This document shows, one piece after another, positions 23,701 through 32,900 of a DNA stretch of 58,459 nucleotides. The number at the start of each line of letters is the position of its first letter. The stretch's first letter is position 1. The stretch comes from Phoronis australis (lineage: Eukaryota; Animalia; Phoronida). Under the pieces are notes generated by a model, which did not search any database, was not told where the DNA came from, and was given only the letters and a program-made list of their open reading frames with translations. The stretch is taken from the NCBI GenBank assembly GCA_002633005.1, contig NMRA01000235.1, positions 115,258 to 173,716 of the forward strand. The letters run 5' to 3'. The translations under genes were made by a program, and so were the position numbers.

Positions 23701-26366
23701 CAAAATGTTTGACTTGAGAACTCTTTGCAAGTATTTGGCGTGGAAACAGTTAATTCTGTCATAAACAAGTTTTGATGTAAGCTACTTATTGTTATGAAAT
23801 TGGTCTCAAAACGTTCAAAAATAATTCTGATTTCTGGATTCAGAAAGAACTGGCATTTGCTTTTTTCCTTAGATCAAGATCATAAAAACTTCAGGTCACA
23901 CCCGTGATCTGTAATCTTAATCAATACAGTTCCAAATCCGAAAATAAAATTTAAAACAGCTGTTAAGAGTTTAGCGTCTGGTTGACATTTGAGTAACAGC
24001 AACACTTGCTCGATGTCTTGACTGTAGTGCCATACAGGCTTCTTCATCTCTTGATATTACGTAATTTTGAAACAGGCTGCAATGAGTCTGAACTGATGCA
24101 GTGCTACTTAGTTGGTATTCTAGAGCAGCACTGGTAACCCTCATAGGTAACTTGCCGACCGATTGCCAGGACAGGGCTCGACATTAACGGTAGTCCGACT
24201 GCTGGGGACAACCAATTTTTTGGTCCAGACAAGCTCACGGCCGAGAAAACTTGTCCAACAGGACGAGTTGATGAATTTTTGGAAACTATAGTAAATCTGA
24301 ACGATCAGAACTTCTTCGTAGCAGTGATAACTCACTTGTTTAGTCAACAGTGTCAGTAAGATGTGGCGCAAGTCGCCGAGGTGTTGTTTAGATTATGCAG
24401 GAGCTCATGATTGGACGCGATCCGATTGAGGTTCTTGCATTCGAAAAGTTCTAGCCAAAGTGACATGTTCTCACTTAAATACAAGGCAGTACCTCACGCA
24501 ATCTGGCAAAATTTTGATTTTAGCTAGGTCCTAGAATAGTTCCGAGCGTTTTGACCGCACGCCAGGTTTCTGACGATTTGTTTCATTTGTCTTGCTTAAT
24601 AACCCATGTTTTTAACGACTTTCACTTCTGACACCAAAATGGAAGCGCCCAACCAAAGGCAAGAGCACAAAAAATCAACTTGCAATTAGCGCAAGTCGAA
24701 CATTTTGTCCACATTCCAAGACAACAAAAACTTAGTTTTTTGAACTTTTGATTCGCCTAATAACTTTTTGCAAGATGTTTTTGCTTCATTATTTTAGCAG
24801 CTGACTGAGTACCCTTTTTGCCTAATATTAGTATCTTCCGATTGTTGAGCACGTGCTTTGAACAACAGCAGTGTTGGCTTCGAACTCAAAAAGATATATA
24901 CAATGTATATAAAATGTTTAATACACTGTTGAAAGTATTCAATAACAAGAAAAAGGCAAGATGAAGTGAATGACTGTCATGTTAATGACTGGAGATGTTG
25001 GATTTTTCCTGTGGGGATCGGCTGCCGGGGTTTTCCGGCCAGTTCGGTCATTACCATGGCGAGGTCTCTTGGCATCTCCGTGTCAGGAAAGAAGGCTCTT
25101 GTACGTGACGTAGCCACTGAAGCTGAACAGGCATCTTGTTGGATTTGGATGAAATACCAACAGCGACAACACCAACAACCATCAGACAGAGCCTGATCAA
25201 CTCGGTTGTCCCGCCTACTAGAGATGGTCTTGGTTTAGGGACGAAACTATTAAGGACAGTAGCAGACCAACTGAAGATGGCGGTTGAGCACAATTACATC
25301 AAGTGTTTAAAGTAAGATCTGTCAATCATTGGCACGTGCTTGGTTGCCTAAGTGTTCAATGGGAAGCAAAGCATTACATAATCAAGTGCTTCCCTTTAAA
25401 ATACACCACGAATTAGCGGAGTCTCGTTTAATCTGTCTTTATTCTCAAGAAACTTGCCCAACTGAACGCACGACTACCTGTAGGAATACTTTAGACCTGT
25501 ACGTAAACACCCAATCACACTCAGGGTCACGACGCCACTGTATCGTATGCGCAGGCCGTCGAAGACTGGTACTTTAATCCCCCGACTTATATTTTAACTG
25601 ATATGCTTGAAGTCCGACGTCAGTGTAGCTCCGTCAGGGTAAAATCGGTCCTCCGTGCAGTAAGAAACAACTCTGCAAAATTTTCGACTTTAACCGCCCA
25701 TGCTCAGCTTACCGCACACGCACTGGTTTTTAGATTCCCAATTTAAGCGCCCTGGGCAGTAGCGTGGACGAGTACGGAAAGTCAAATTTCAATCATTTGC
25801 TCGTCAACACATTTTGACACTTGATTGTTACAATTTTTGATTTTAATTACCTTTGGACAAGTGTTTTATAGGTCAGGACAAATAAATTTCATTTCATTCG
25901 GACAAGTTAATTTAAAAGTTAATGTCGAGCCCTGCAGGAGCTGGCAGTAAGTTTTGAGTGAAATTTTTGTCTTTACACCAGAGAAAGCCGAAGTTCAGAG
26001 TTACCTATCAATTATCAATAAAATCCCCAATAGTCCCAATACACTATCGCTTTATGTAGTGAATTGGGGACGATCAGAAACTGAGGACCTCTGTGGCTAC
26101 TACTACTAGGCCTACTACTGTGCTAGTACTAATAGCACTACGCCTCAAATCAGGCCAATCATCAAGTGAAACGCCAAACGGGCAACAACCGTACAACGTC
26201 AACGAGGACGATGTTATGCTTCACGCCTTCAGTCCACAGGCTTCAGACACAGGCTCAGCAGATCAACGTATCACATCCCAACTAAAACGAGAGATTATCA
26301 TGACTGATCATACCCATAGTTGTCCTCTCGAATGGACTTGATTAAAAGTGTCGATAAGTCATTCAT
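5537..26366 (-). CDS. ANKLE1: Ankyrin repeat and LEM domain-containing protein 1 (LEM-3 orthologue, GIY-YIG nuclease), 10 exons, ~917 aa
   Basis: Exons: 26366-26314 (or copy 22776-22724), 23566-23414 (or copy 20271-20119), 19484-19376, 18862-18733, 18502-18257, 13817-12384, 11719-11510, 10292-10171, 7342-7213, 5703-5537. All introns are GT-AG with matching phases, total 2754 nt. Ankyrin repeats, a LEM domain and the GIY-YIG motifs YLLLDPR...FYIGKG..SRPYQH...EAYTREACMIEA are present. Confidence 0.93.
6595..6720. repeat. 22-bp purine-rich minisatellite running into a gap
   Basis: (GATGAGGTGAAGATGAGGGGTA)n. Confidence 0.9.
7213..7342 (-). CDS. ANKLE1: ANKLE1 exon 9 (GIY-YIG)
   Basis: ASTKVQQILDIWASGFGVISLHVFQNTIPVEAYTREACMIEAL, with AG/GT boundaries. 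Confidence 0.93.
7590..9680 (-). mobile_element. Decayed L1/Tx1-clade LINE ORF2 (RT through C-terminus) in ANKLE1 intron 8
   Basis: Frameshifted minus-strand peptides include IIHPDHEG, LGMLELVNFGMTFESLSWSFIDKVLNFFNLG (RT DFEKAFD region), IIPKLIRLFTSL, FVWNGK, DFGG, KPNCQMKWSEKF...EWWFNV, RQFQFRL and SVLFG...LGKYHIYK. Confidence 0.8.
9049..9148. repeat. 25-bp tandem repeat x4
   Basis: CTGAGGTATAACCGTATCATCTGCA. Confidence 0.9.
10171..10292 (-). CDS. ANKLE1: ANKLE1 exon 8 (GIY-YIG)
   Basis: DQKEVFQTFIKSIFYIGKGKRSRPYQHFNEALEQMKHPKEK. Not in the ORF track. Confidence 0.92.
10477..11176. repeat. 22-bp minisatellite spanning the gap at 10492-11044
   Basis: (GACATGGCACAGTGTCAGTTTA)n. Confidence 0.9.
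11510..11719 (-). CDS. ANKLE1: ANKLE1 exon 7
   Basis: EILPELRAAL...KWREGISKTSFDYLLLDPRVTKNLP. Confidence 0.92.
12384..13817 (-). CDS. ANKLE1: ANKLE1 exon 6 (long low-complexity linker plus LEM domain)
   Basis: 1434 nt open exon ending in the LEM motif MTNKDLRQSLVDLGDAPGPVTKLTRHVYEHRL. Confidence 0.9.
14029..15521. mobile_element. Non-autonomous TIR element with a 5-bp TSD (hAT5-like)
   Basis: 13-bp TIR CAGTGTTCTCCAC...GTGGAGAACACTG flanked by ATATT/ATATT. A duplicate copy lies at 16609-18058. Confidence 0.75.
15907..16398 (-). other. ANKLE1: Partial duplicate of ANKLE1 exon 6 (5' part), truncated at an N junction
   Basis: Near-identical to 13326-13817 and ends at the single N at 15906. Confidence 0.85.
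18257..18502 (-). CDS. ANKLE1: ANKLE1 exon 5 (Ser-rich)
   Basis: AG/GT boundaries with phases matching both neighbouring exons. A partial second copy lies at 15720-15905. Confidence 0.8.
18733..18862 (-). CDS. ANKLE1: ANKLE1 exon 4
   Basis: EEENAISMATKFGEQSCVDLLRLY..., the last ankyrin-like repeat. Confidence 0.85.
19376..19484 (-). CDS. ANKLE1: ANKLE1 exon 3 (ankyrin)
   Basis: CTLNGMTPLHVAASNGKLECLQLLLQNGGDPYLNDF. Confidence 0.92.
20119..20271 (-). CDS. ANKLE1: ANKLE1 exon 2 (ankyrin), copy A
   Basis: AAARLLKVGADPNVALTDGLTAIHLAVG...LLLGHGANPNV. Confidence 0.9.
22213..22307. mobile_element. 95-bp foldback MITE, CACAG...CTGTG ends, 8-bp TSD (P-superfamily-like)
   Basis: Perfect 36-bp inverted arms at 22220-22255 and 22265-22300. 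TSD AATCAGTC at 22205-22212 and 22308-22315. A second copy lies at ~22420-22501 and a partial copy at ~26025-26095. Confidence 0.8.
22724..22776 (-). CDS. ANKLE1: ANKLE1 exon 1, copy A
   Basis: MNDLSTLLIKSIREDNYG|gtatga. The phase-2 end joins exon 2 in frame. Confidence 0.8.
23093..23382 (-). mobile_element. HINE/Helentron-like element, second copy (end fragment), inserted in ANKLE1 intron 2 of copy B only
   Basis: Homologous to ~5190-5457, with a (GGAC)n microsatellite and terminal hairpin. Absent at the equivalent position (~20085) of copy A. Confidence 0.75.
23414..23566 (-). CDS. ANKLE1: ANKLE1 exon 2, copy B (probable second haplotype)
   Basis: Identical to 20119-20271. Confidence 0.8.
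24172..25934. mobile_element. 1.76-kb TIR element with a 5-bp TSD (hAT5-like), present only in copy B
   Basis: Perfect 17-bp TIR CAGGGCTCGACATTAAC with TSD CAGGA/CAGGA. The empty site is near 20860. Confidence 0.85.
24960..25300 (+). mobile_element. 3' fragment of an RLE-type non-LTR retrotransposon (HERO-like) nested in the TIR element
   Basis: WRCWIFPVGIGCRGFPASS...AEQASCWIWMK resembles the W..P.EVGCRGF...AE.AS.WLW C-terminus of HERO restriction-like endonucleases. Confidence 0.7.
26314..26366 (-). CDS. ANKLE1: ANKLE1 exon 1, copy B
   Basis: Same peptide as 22724-22776 with one synonymous difference. Confidence 0.8.
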
Positions 26367-26869
26367 TTTTCATCAGAAATGCCGAAACCAGTTCAAAATC
26401 ATTCTTCCTGTTGAAAACGTGTTTGTTTTTCGCGCCTGTCAAACATGTTGTGAGAAATTGATATGTTAAAAGCAACTTCATTGGCTAATAGTTTTGTTGA
26501 CCTACTTCTTGTTTGTAATTAAATTCGAAATATTGCCCAAGATAATGCTAAAGACATTGATTTTATTAATCCACAGAAGCCTACGTATTATGAAATCAAA
26601 TATTACCAGAAGTGTTGACATTTAGCCATCGTTTATTAGAAATGTAATTGGTTAGAACCGCTTCCTCCCGAGAGTGGGCTGACCACCGGTTGACCAATTG
26701 GAAACAAGAAAACAGTTAACCAGTTGACATGCTCCGACCCGTATTGGAATATTCCAATACGGGCCAGATTCCAATACGGGCCGGAACATCCACACGACCT
26801 TTAGCCTTGTTAGTCACGAGTCGATGTTTGTTAGGGTTGCCTCTTCGTCTGTAGGTACTACGGTTAAGC
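26367..26869. promoter_or_regulatory. Probable bidirectional promoter shared by ANKLE1 and GBA1
   Basis: The two start codons diverge 503 bp apart. E2F-type TTTCGCGC at 26428. CCAAT/ATTGG boxes at 26480, 26647, 26694-26701 and three within 26743-26775. Confidence 0.65.
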
Positions 26870-26939
26870 ATGTACCTTCGAATTCTGTTTATTTCCTGTG
26901 CCGTCAGTTTGTCAGAATGTTGGTGGAAGACTGTTTTTG
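26870..26939 (+). CDS. GBA1: GBA1 exon 1 (putative signal peptide)
   Basis: [24 protein letters not shown]|gtaagg. The phase-1 donor fits exon 2. Confidence 0.7.
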
Positions 26940-29900
26940 GTAAGGTTTTAAGAATTTAACAAAAGCCTAGACAGATGTTTCTTTATGTGTGTGTCTGTAT
27001 GTACCAACAATAAACAGCTGAGGACTGCTCGAAAAAATACACAGTGCAGTGCACCACGGCACTCATCTCGACTGGCCGCAGGCGCAGTAGAGACAGTGCC
27101 ACAGTGTGTAGGCCATCTTATAGGCCCTCCTTGTTCTCGAAGTTTTGCACCGAATTATGCCTCACACTGATTAAACGGCCATGTTGTTAGTACATTTTGT
27201 GTACAGAGTGAGAGGACATAGGCGGATTTAGGGGGGGGGGTCAGGGCCCCCCTCCCCCTTTGCTGCTGCAAAAAAGTAAAACAGCAAGAGCGTGGGGGAA
27301 ATGTTGAGTTTATTAATTAACCCCGTTAATTAAAATTATATGGATGAAACAAGGTTTAAATGTGTGCACTTTTAGTGTTGGAGGGGGGGGGGGTTGGGGG
27401 TCAGATCCAATTTCAAGTGTCGAATTCGGAACACGGCGCAATCGTAATGGAACTATAGCTAAGTATAGGCTCTCTCGCGATATCCCAGGCAACCCGCAGG
27501 GGCGCTGCGCACTACGATTCCGTTTCCGTCGTCTGCTCCACTGTGCATTGAAGAAAATTACTTCATTTTTTAAAGAAAATGAAACCTGAGTGATGATGAA
27601 AAAACAGAACCTGCTGGTAAGATATGAATTTTAATCAAAGCCTTAGTGAATCACTCAGAAACTCATAATTCTCTCTTTGTCAAACCTTAACTTAAGACAA
27701 TTTCCAAAGCAATCCCATCATTATTGCCAACACGAAAAACGTATTTGGTCTTTTGGGCAATTGAAGACTATTTTAAATACAACAAATTTGTTACGAATTG
27801 ATTGCACAAAATATAAAACTTGTAATAAGCATTACAAAAGAAGTAGGTTTCGCGCGCAAATGCTGTGGACCATAAACGAGTATTAGTTCTCTTAGTATCA
27901 AATTAGGAGTTAAATCGTGGTGGTGTAGTGGTAAAGCACATGCGCTTTATCCGCCAGGTCGTGAGTTCAAGTCTGTGGTATTTACAGTTTTCCCTGTTTG
28001 ACACGTTTTCTGTGTTTTTTTGACATTTTTTCTTGGATAATACTTCAAACCCCCCTCCAGACCTGCCCCCATTCGGTGCTATGCGCATTTACAATCGTGG
28101 TTTGTGCAAATGCTTACAGTCAAAATGTTGGCCTCCCCCTTGTGATATCCTAGATCCGCCACCGGAGGGACACCTCAGCAGGCTGTTGAAACTTCATGTC
28201 TTTAAGTTTAACTCTTCGACTTCGTCTTCCATTCCCAGCTCAAACAAGTACATCCGCAATCAAACCTTTTTTTTGAGCAGTCCGTCGTTCAGTTGCCGCA
28301 AGTGGACGAAGAACTGCTCAAAAGAAGTTGAGTACGGGAATATTTTTACTAGGTGGGAGGCATGGAAGACATGGATGGCTTCCTAATGTGTCCGTCTGTG
28401 CGCAAAAGGTACTTATAGCAATGTGACGTTGATGGTTTAATCAATGGCTGTACTTCGGGAACAAGTTTTATGATACACAAAATTGATTAAATGCACAACA
28501 CTTTTTCGTTAGTAACAGTCTTGATTCCGCTGTGTTTGTGTACTCAGAATAAAACTCTACTGACTCAACGTAATGCCATTGGTGAAGTAACTGACCAAGA
28601 GACATGATTAAAGGTACACGACATTCAAGAGAACACTAAGTTTGTAAATAAGTCGCTTAGAATTGTCACAGTTAGTGTTACATACTATTTTACTTTTCTG
28701 GTATCAAAAAAGTTGAGAGATCCAGAAAATCTACTCCCCATCACCATTTTTACTCGCATTGGCGACTAGGAGAGTGCCTTAAGTATATCCCTGCTGTCAC
28801 TGATAATATGCTGTCATGGTTACTACTCCCCCCAGGTAGGCTGAAAGTCCGACTCACACGATATAACATTCTCACATTCACGTAATTCAAAATTGCCTTG
28901 GAGTTGAATTATTTGTTTCCATAAATAATGTGAACAGGTTGTGACAATTTTTAATGTGTTTAGAAACTGAAACTTTAAAGAAATCTGTCGACAATGTTCT
29001 CAAATGTTTCTGGTTTTGGAATATAATGAGAACTTGATTGACCTCCAAGAAAACACTAAGTTTGTAAATAAGTCCAATGACCTGGCGCTTAGAATTAATT
29101 GTCTCAGTTTCAGGTGAGGTGGGTTTAAATCTGTTTGTTTGCCTTTCTATTCGAGTCCCAACTTGCCACATCAGAGCTTTCAACATGTTATACTTGTTCA
29201 GTTATGAAAGTAAAACTTTTTGTTGTTTTGATATTTGTGTAGTCACAATGCATGGCTTGGATGGCATGTACACCATCGCTAACTCACTTCTGACCTTAGT
29301 TTCAAAACTGAAACTAAAATTATGAATGTATAGAAAACCAACATAACTCACTACTGGCATTTCAAAACTGATACTATTTGTACAGAACAGCTTTTTTCAG
29401 CTTAAAAATATTTTATAGTTCTAGTGTTACATACTAGCATTGTGCTTATAGCTTTATAGTGTCTATTATTTCTTATAGATGTCACTTCAGTAGGTGTGTG
29501 ACCTTGACCTATAATATATGATGGAAATGCATGTTTTTGCATTAATTGGCTTGGTCAACGCAAATTACCTGTTGGTATACAACACTTAGTAATACCTAAA
29601 GTTTGTGATATTTGATGGTAATGAGGTATCCCATTACCTTACAGACCACGGAGTGCTAATTAGTTCAAGCCTAAGTCGCAACTGTAATAAATCGCAGTTT
29701 GGTGGAGAATCTTGTTGAAGTCGTCCATGAATTTTTCCGTCACGCATAACTAGGAAAAGTAACTAACAATTTACCAAAAGAATGCACTCCACCCCAAAAT
29801 ATGAACCAAAACAATTAATTAACTGTTTCAGAACGTTATGCTCTAGTAGCTGTTCATTGCATTGACTNNNNNNNNNNNNNNNNNNNNNNNNNNNNNNNNN

Positions 29901-32900
29901 NNNNNNNNNNNNNNNNNNNNNNNNNNNNNNNNNNNNNNNNNNNNNNNNNNNNNNNNNNNNNNNNNNNNNNNNNNNNNNNNNNNNNNNNNNNNNNNNNNNN
30001 NNNNNNNNNNNNNNNNNNNNNNNNNNNNNNNNNNNNNNNNNNNNNNNNNNNNNNNNNNNNNNNNNNNNNNNNNNNNNNNNNNNNNNNNNNNNNNNNNNNN
30101 NNNNNNNNNNNNNNNNNNNNNNNNNNNNNNNNNNNNNNNNNNNNNNNNNNNNNNNNNNNNNNNNNNNNNNNNNNNNNNNNNNNNNNNNNNNNNNNNNNNN
30201 NNNNNNNNNNNNNNNNNNNNNNNNNNNNNNNNNNNNNNNNNNNNNNNNNNNNNNNNNNNNNNNNNNNNNNNNNNNNNNNNNNNNNNNNNNNNNNNNNNNN
30301 NNNNNNNNNNNNNNNNNNNNNNNNNNNNNNNNNNNNNNNNNNNNNNNNNNNNNNNNNNNNNNNNNNNNNNNNNNNNNNNNNNNNNNNNNNNNNNNNNNNN
30401 NNNNNNNNNNNNNNNNNNNNNNNNNNNNNNNNNNNNNNNNNNNNNNNNNNNNNNNNNNNNNNNNNNNNNNNNNNNNNNNNNNNNNNNNNNNNNNNNNNNN
30501 NNNNNNNNNNNNNNNNNNNNNNNNNNNNNNNNNNNNNNNNNNNNNNNNNNNNNNNNNNNNNNNNNNNNNNNNNNNNNNNNNNNNNNNNNNNNNNNNNNNN
30601 NNNNNNNNNGATGGTTTAATCAATGGCTGTACTTCGGGAACAAGTTTTACGATACACCATAGACTATATCTATGGATACACAGAATTGATCAAACATACA
30701 ACACTTTTTCGTTATTAACAGTCTTGATTCCGCTGTGTTCGTGTACTCAGAATAAAACTCTACTGACTCAACATAATGCCATTGGTGAAGTAACTGACCA
30801 AGAGACATGATTAAGATTAAAGGTACACGACATTCAAGAGAACACTAAGTAATAAGTTTGTAAATAAGCCTCTTAGAATTGTCACAGTACTAGTGTTACA
30901 TACTATTCTACTTTTCTGGTGGCAAAAATGTTGAGTCTGTATTATTCCTGTCTCTAAAGTGGGAAAATTACTGGTCTATACTTTTATTGCTGTCTCTACA
31001 ACTATTCGGATTTTGAGAGTAGTTATTTTTCGACCAGTGTTGGTGTACAAAATGATCTTGAGTTGACCCCCCCTGCAAGTGCATGTACAACCATCGCAAG
31101 AGAGAACATACCCTGTGTCCAATCTAACGCTGTTCACGAGAATGAGGACGAAGACATTCGATTGTCCATACTAGTGGGACATGTAAACAATGTTACATTT
31201 GGCCATTGGTCATAGTCTTTCACGACTATGGTTGTTATTCTTGACAAGGTGACCTTACTTTACATTCTGATAATAAATAACTACATTCGATGTTCAATCT
31301 ATCCCCTGTCCAGGGATATACCTAGGTTTCAAAACCTTGCTCGCCAGCGGGGCGAGTGAGCCAGAAAATCTACTCGCCCAGCACCATTTTTACTCGCAAT
31401 GGCGACTGGGAGAGTGCCTTAAGTATATCCCTGCTGTCACTGCTAATATGCTGTCATGGTTACTACTCCCCCCAGGTAGGCTGAAAGTCTGAATCACACG
31501 ATATATTATTCTCATAATTCAATACAAGAATATTGCCTTGGAGTTGAATTATTTGTTTCCATAAATAATGTGAACAGGTTGTGACAATTTTTAATGTGTT
31601 TAGAAACTGAAACTTTAAAGAAATCTGCAGACAATGTTCTCAAACGTTGTTTCTGGTTTTGGAATATAATGAGAACTTGATTGACATTCAAGAGAACATT
31701 AAGTTTGTAAATAAGTCCAATGACCTGGCGCTTAGAATTAATTGTCTCAGTTTCAGGTGAGGTGGATTTAATTCTGTTTGTTTTCCTTTCTATTCGACTC
31801 CCAACTTGCCACATCAGAGCTTTCAACATGTTATACTTGTTCAGTTATGAAAGTAAAACTTTTTGTTGTTTTGATATTTGAGCAGTCACAATGCATCGCT
31901 TGGATGGCATGTATACCACCGCTAATTCACTTCTTACCTTTCAAAACTGAAACTAAAATTATAAATGTATAGAAAACCAACATAACTCACTACTGGCATT
32001 TCAAAACTGATACTATTTGTACAGAACAGCTTTTTTCAGCTTAAAAATATTTTATAGTTCTAGTGTTACATACTAGCATTGTGTTTATAGCTTTATAGTG
32101 TGTATTATTTCTTATAGATGTCACTTCAGTAGGTGTGTGACCTGGACCTATAATATATGATGGAAATGCATGTTTTTGCATTGGCTTGGTCAAAAAACGC
32201 AAATTACCTGTTGGTATACAACACTTAGTAATACCTAAAGTTTGTGATATTTGATGGTAATGAGGTATCCCATTACCTTACAGACCACGGAGTGCTAATT
32301 AGTTCAAGCCTAAATCGCAACTGTAATAAATCGCAGTTTGGTGGAGAATCTTGTTGAAGTCGTCCATGAATTTTTCCGTCACGCATAACTAGGAAAAGTA
32401 ACTAACAATTTACCAAAAGAATGCACTCCACCCCAAAATATGAACCAAAACAATTAATTGACTGTTTCAGAACGTTATGCTCTAGTAGCTGTTCATTGCA
32501 TTGACTAATTCTTGACCATTTGTGCCATCTGTTGATACAAAATGGAGTTTGACTCTTAGTGCTGTCTTGCACATTTTAACTTGGACATTTTGTTGTTTAA
32601 AGTTTGATGTGAGTTCAGAGACTTTCAGTTAATCGCTTAATATTTTCTGAAACTGAAGCGGTCTGTCAGGAAAAGTAAGTCATGAACAAATTTTAAAGAT
32701 CAAATGTGTGTGAAATTATCATTTTGCCAAATTCTTGTATTTACGGTATTTCAAAAATTTTCCATTTTGTTTCTTGAAGATTTCTTTGGTTCTTCTTTGT
32801 ACCGCAGGCCTGCCATGTGTGCCAAAAAACTTTGGTCAGTCTTCCATTGTGTGTGTGTGCAATGCCACCTATTGTGACAGCCTGCCGTCATCGCTGACTG

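Larger units (their letters stand above)
20086..26684. repeat. Tandem duplicate block B (20086-23091 vs 23381-26684), probable uncollapsed haplotypes
   Basis: Joined at the N at 23092. The copies differ by SNPs and TE-sized indels. Confidence 0.9.

Noticed and set aside
25238-25282. GACGAAAC...CTGAAGA resembling a permuted hammerhead ribozyme core
   Set aside because: Stems I and II cannot be paired convincingly by eye; an Infernal search would be needed.
27592-27616. Alternative GBA1 first coding exon MMKKQNLL|gtaaga
   Set aside because: The phase-0 donor is incompatible with phase-1 exon 2, it is not signal-peptide-like, and it lies inside a TE.
27916-27975. Functional tRNA gene
   Set aside because: A and B boxes are present, but there is no acceptor or anticodon stem pairing.
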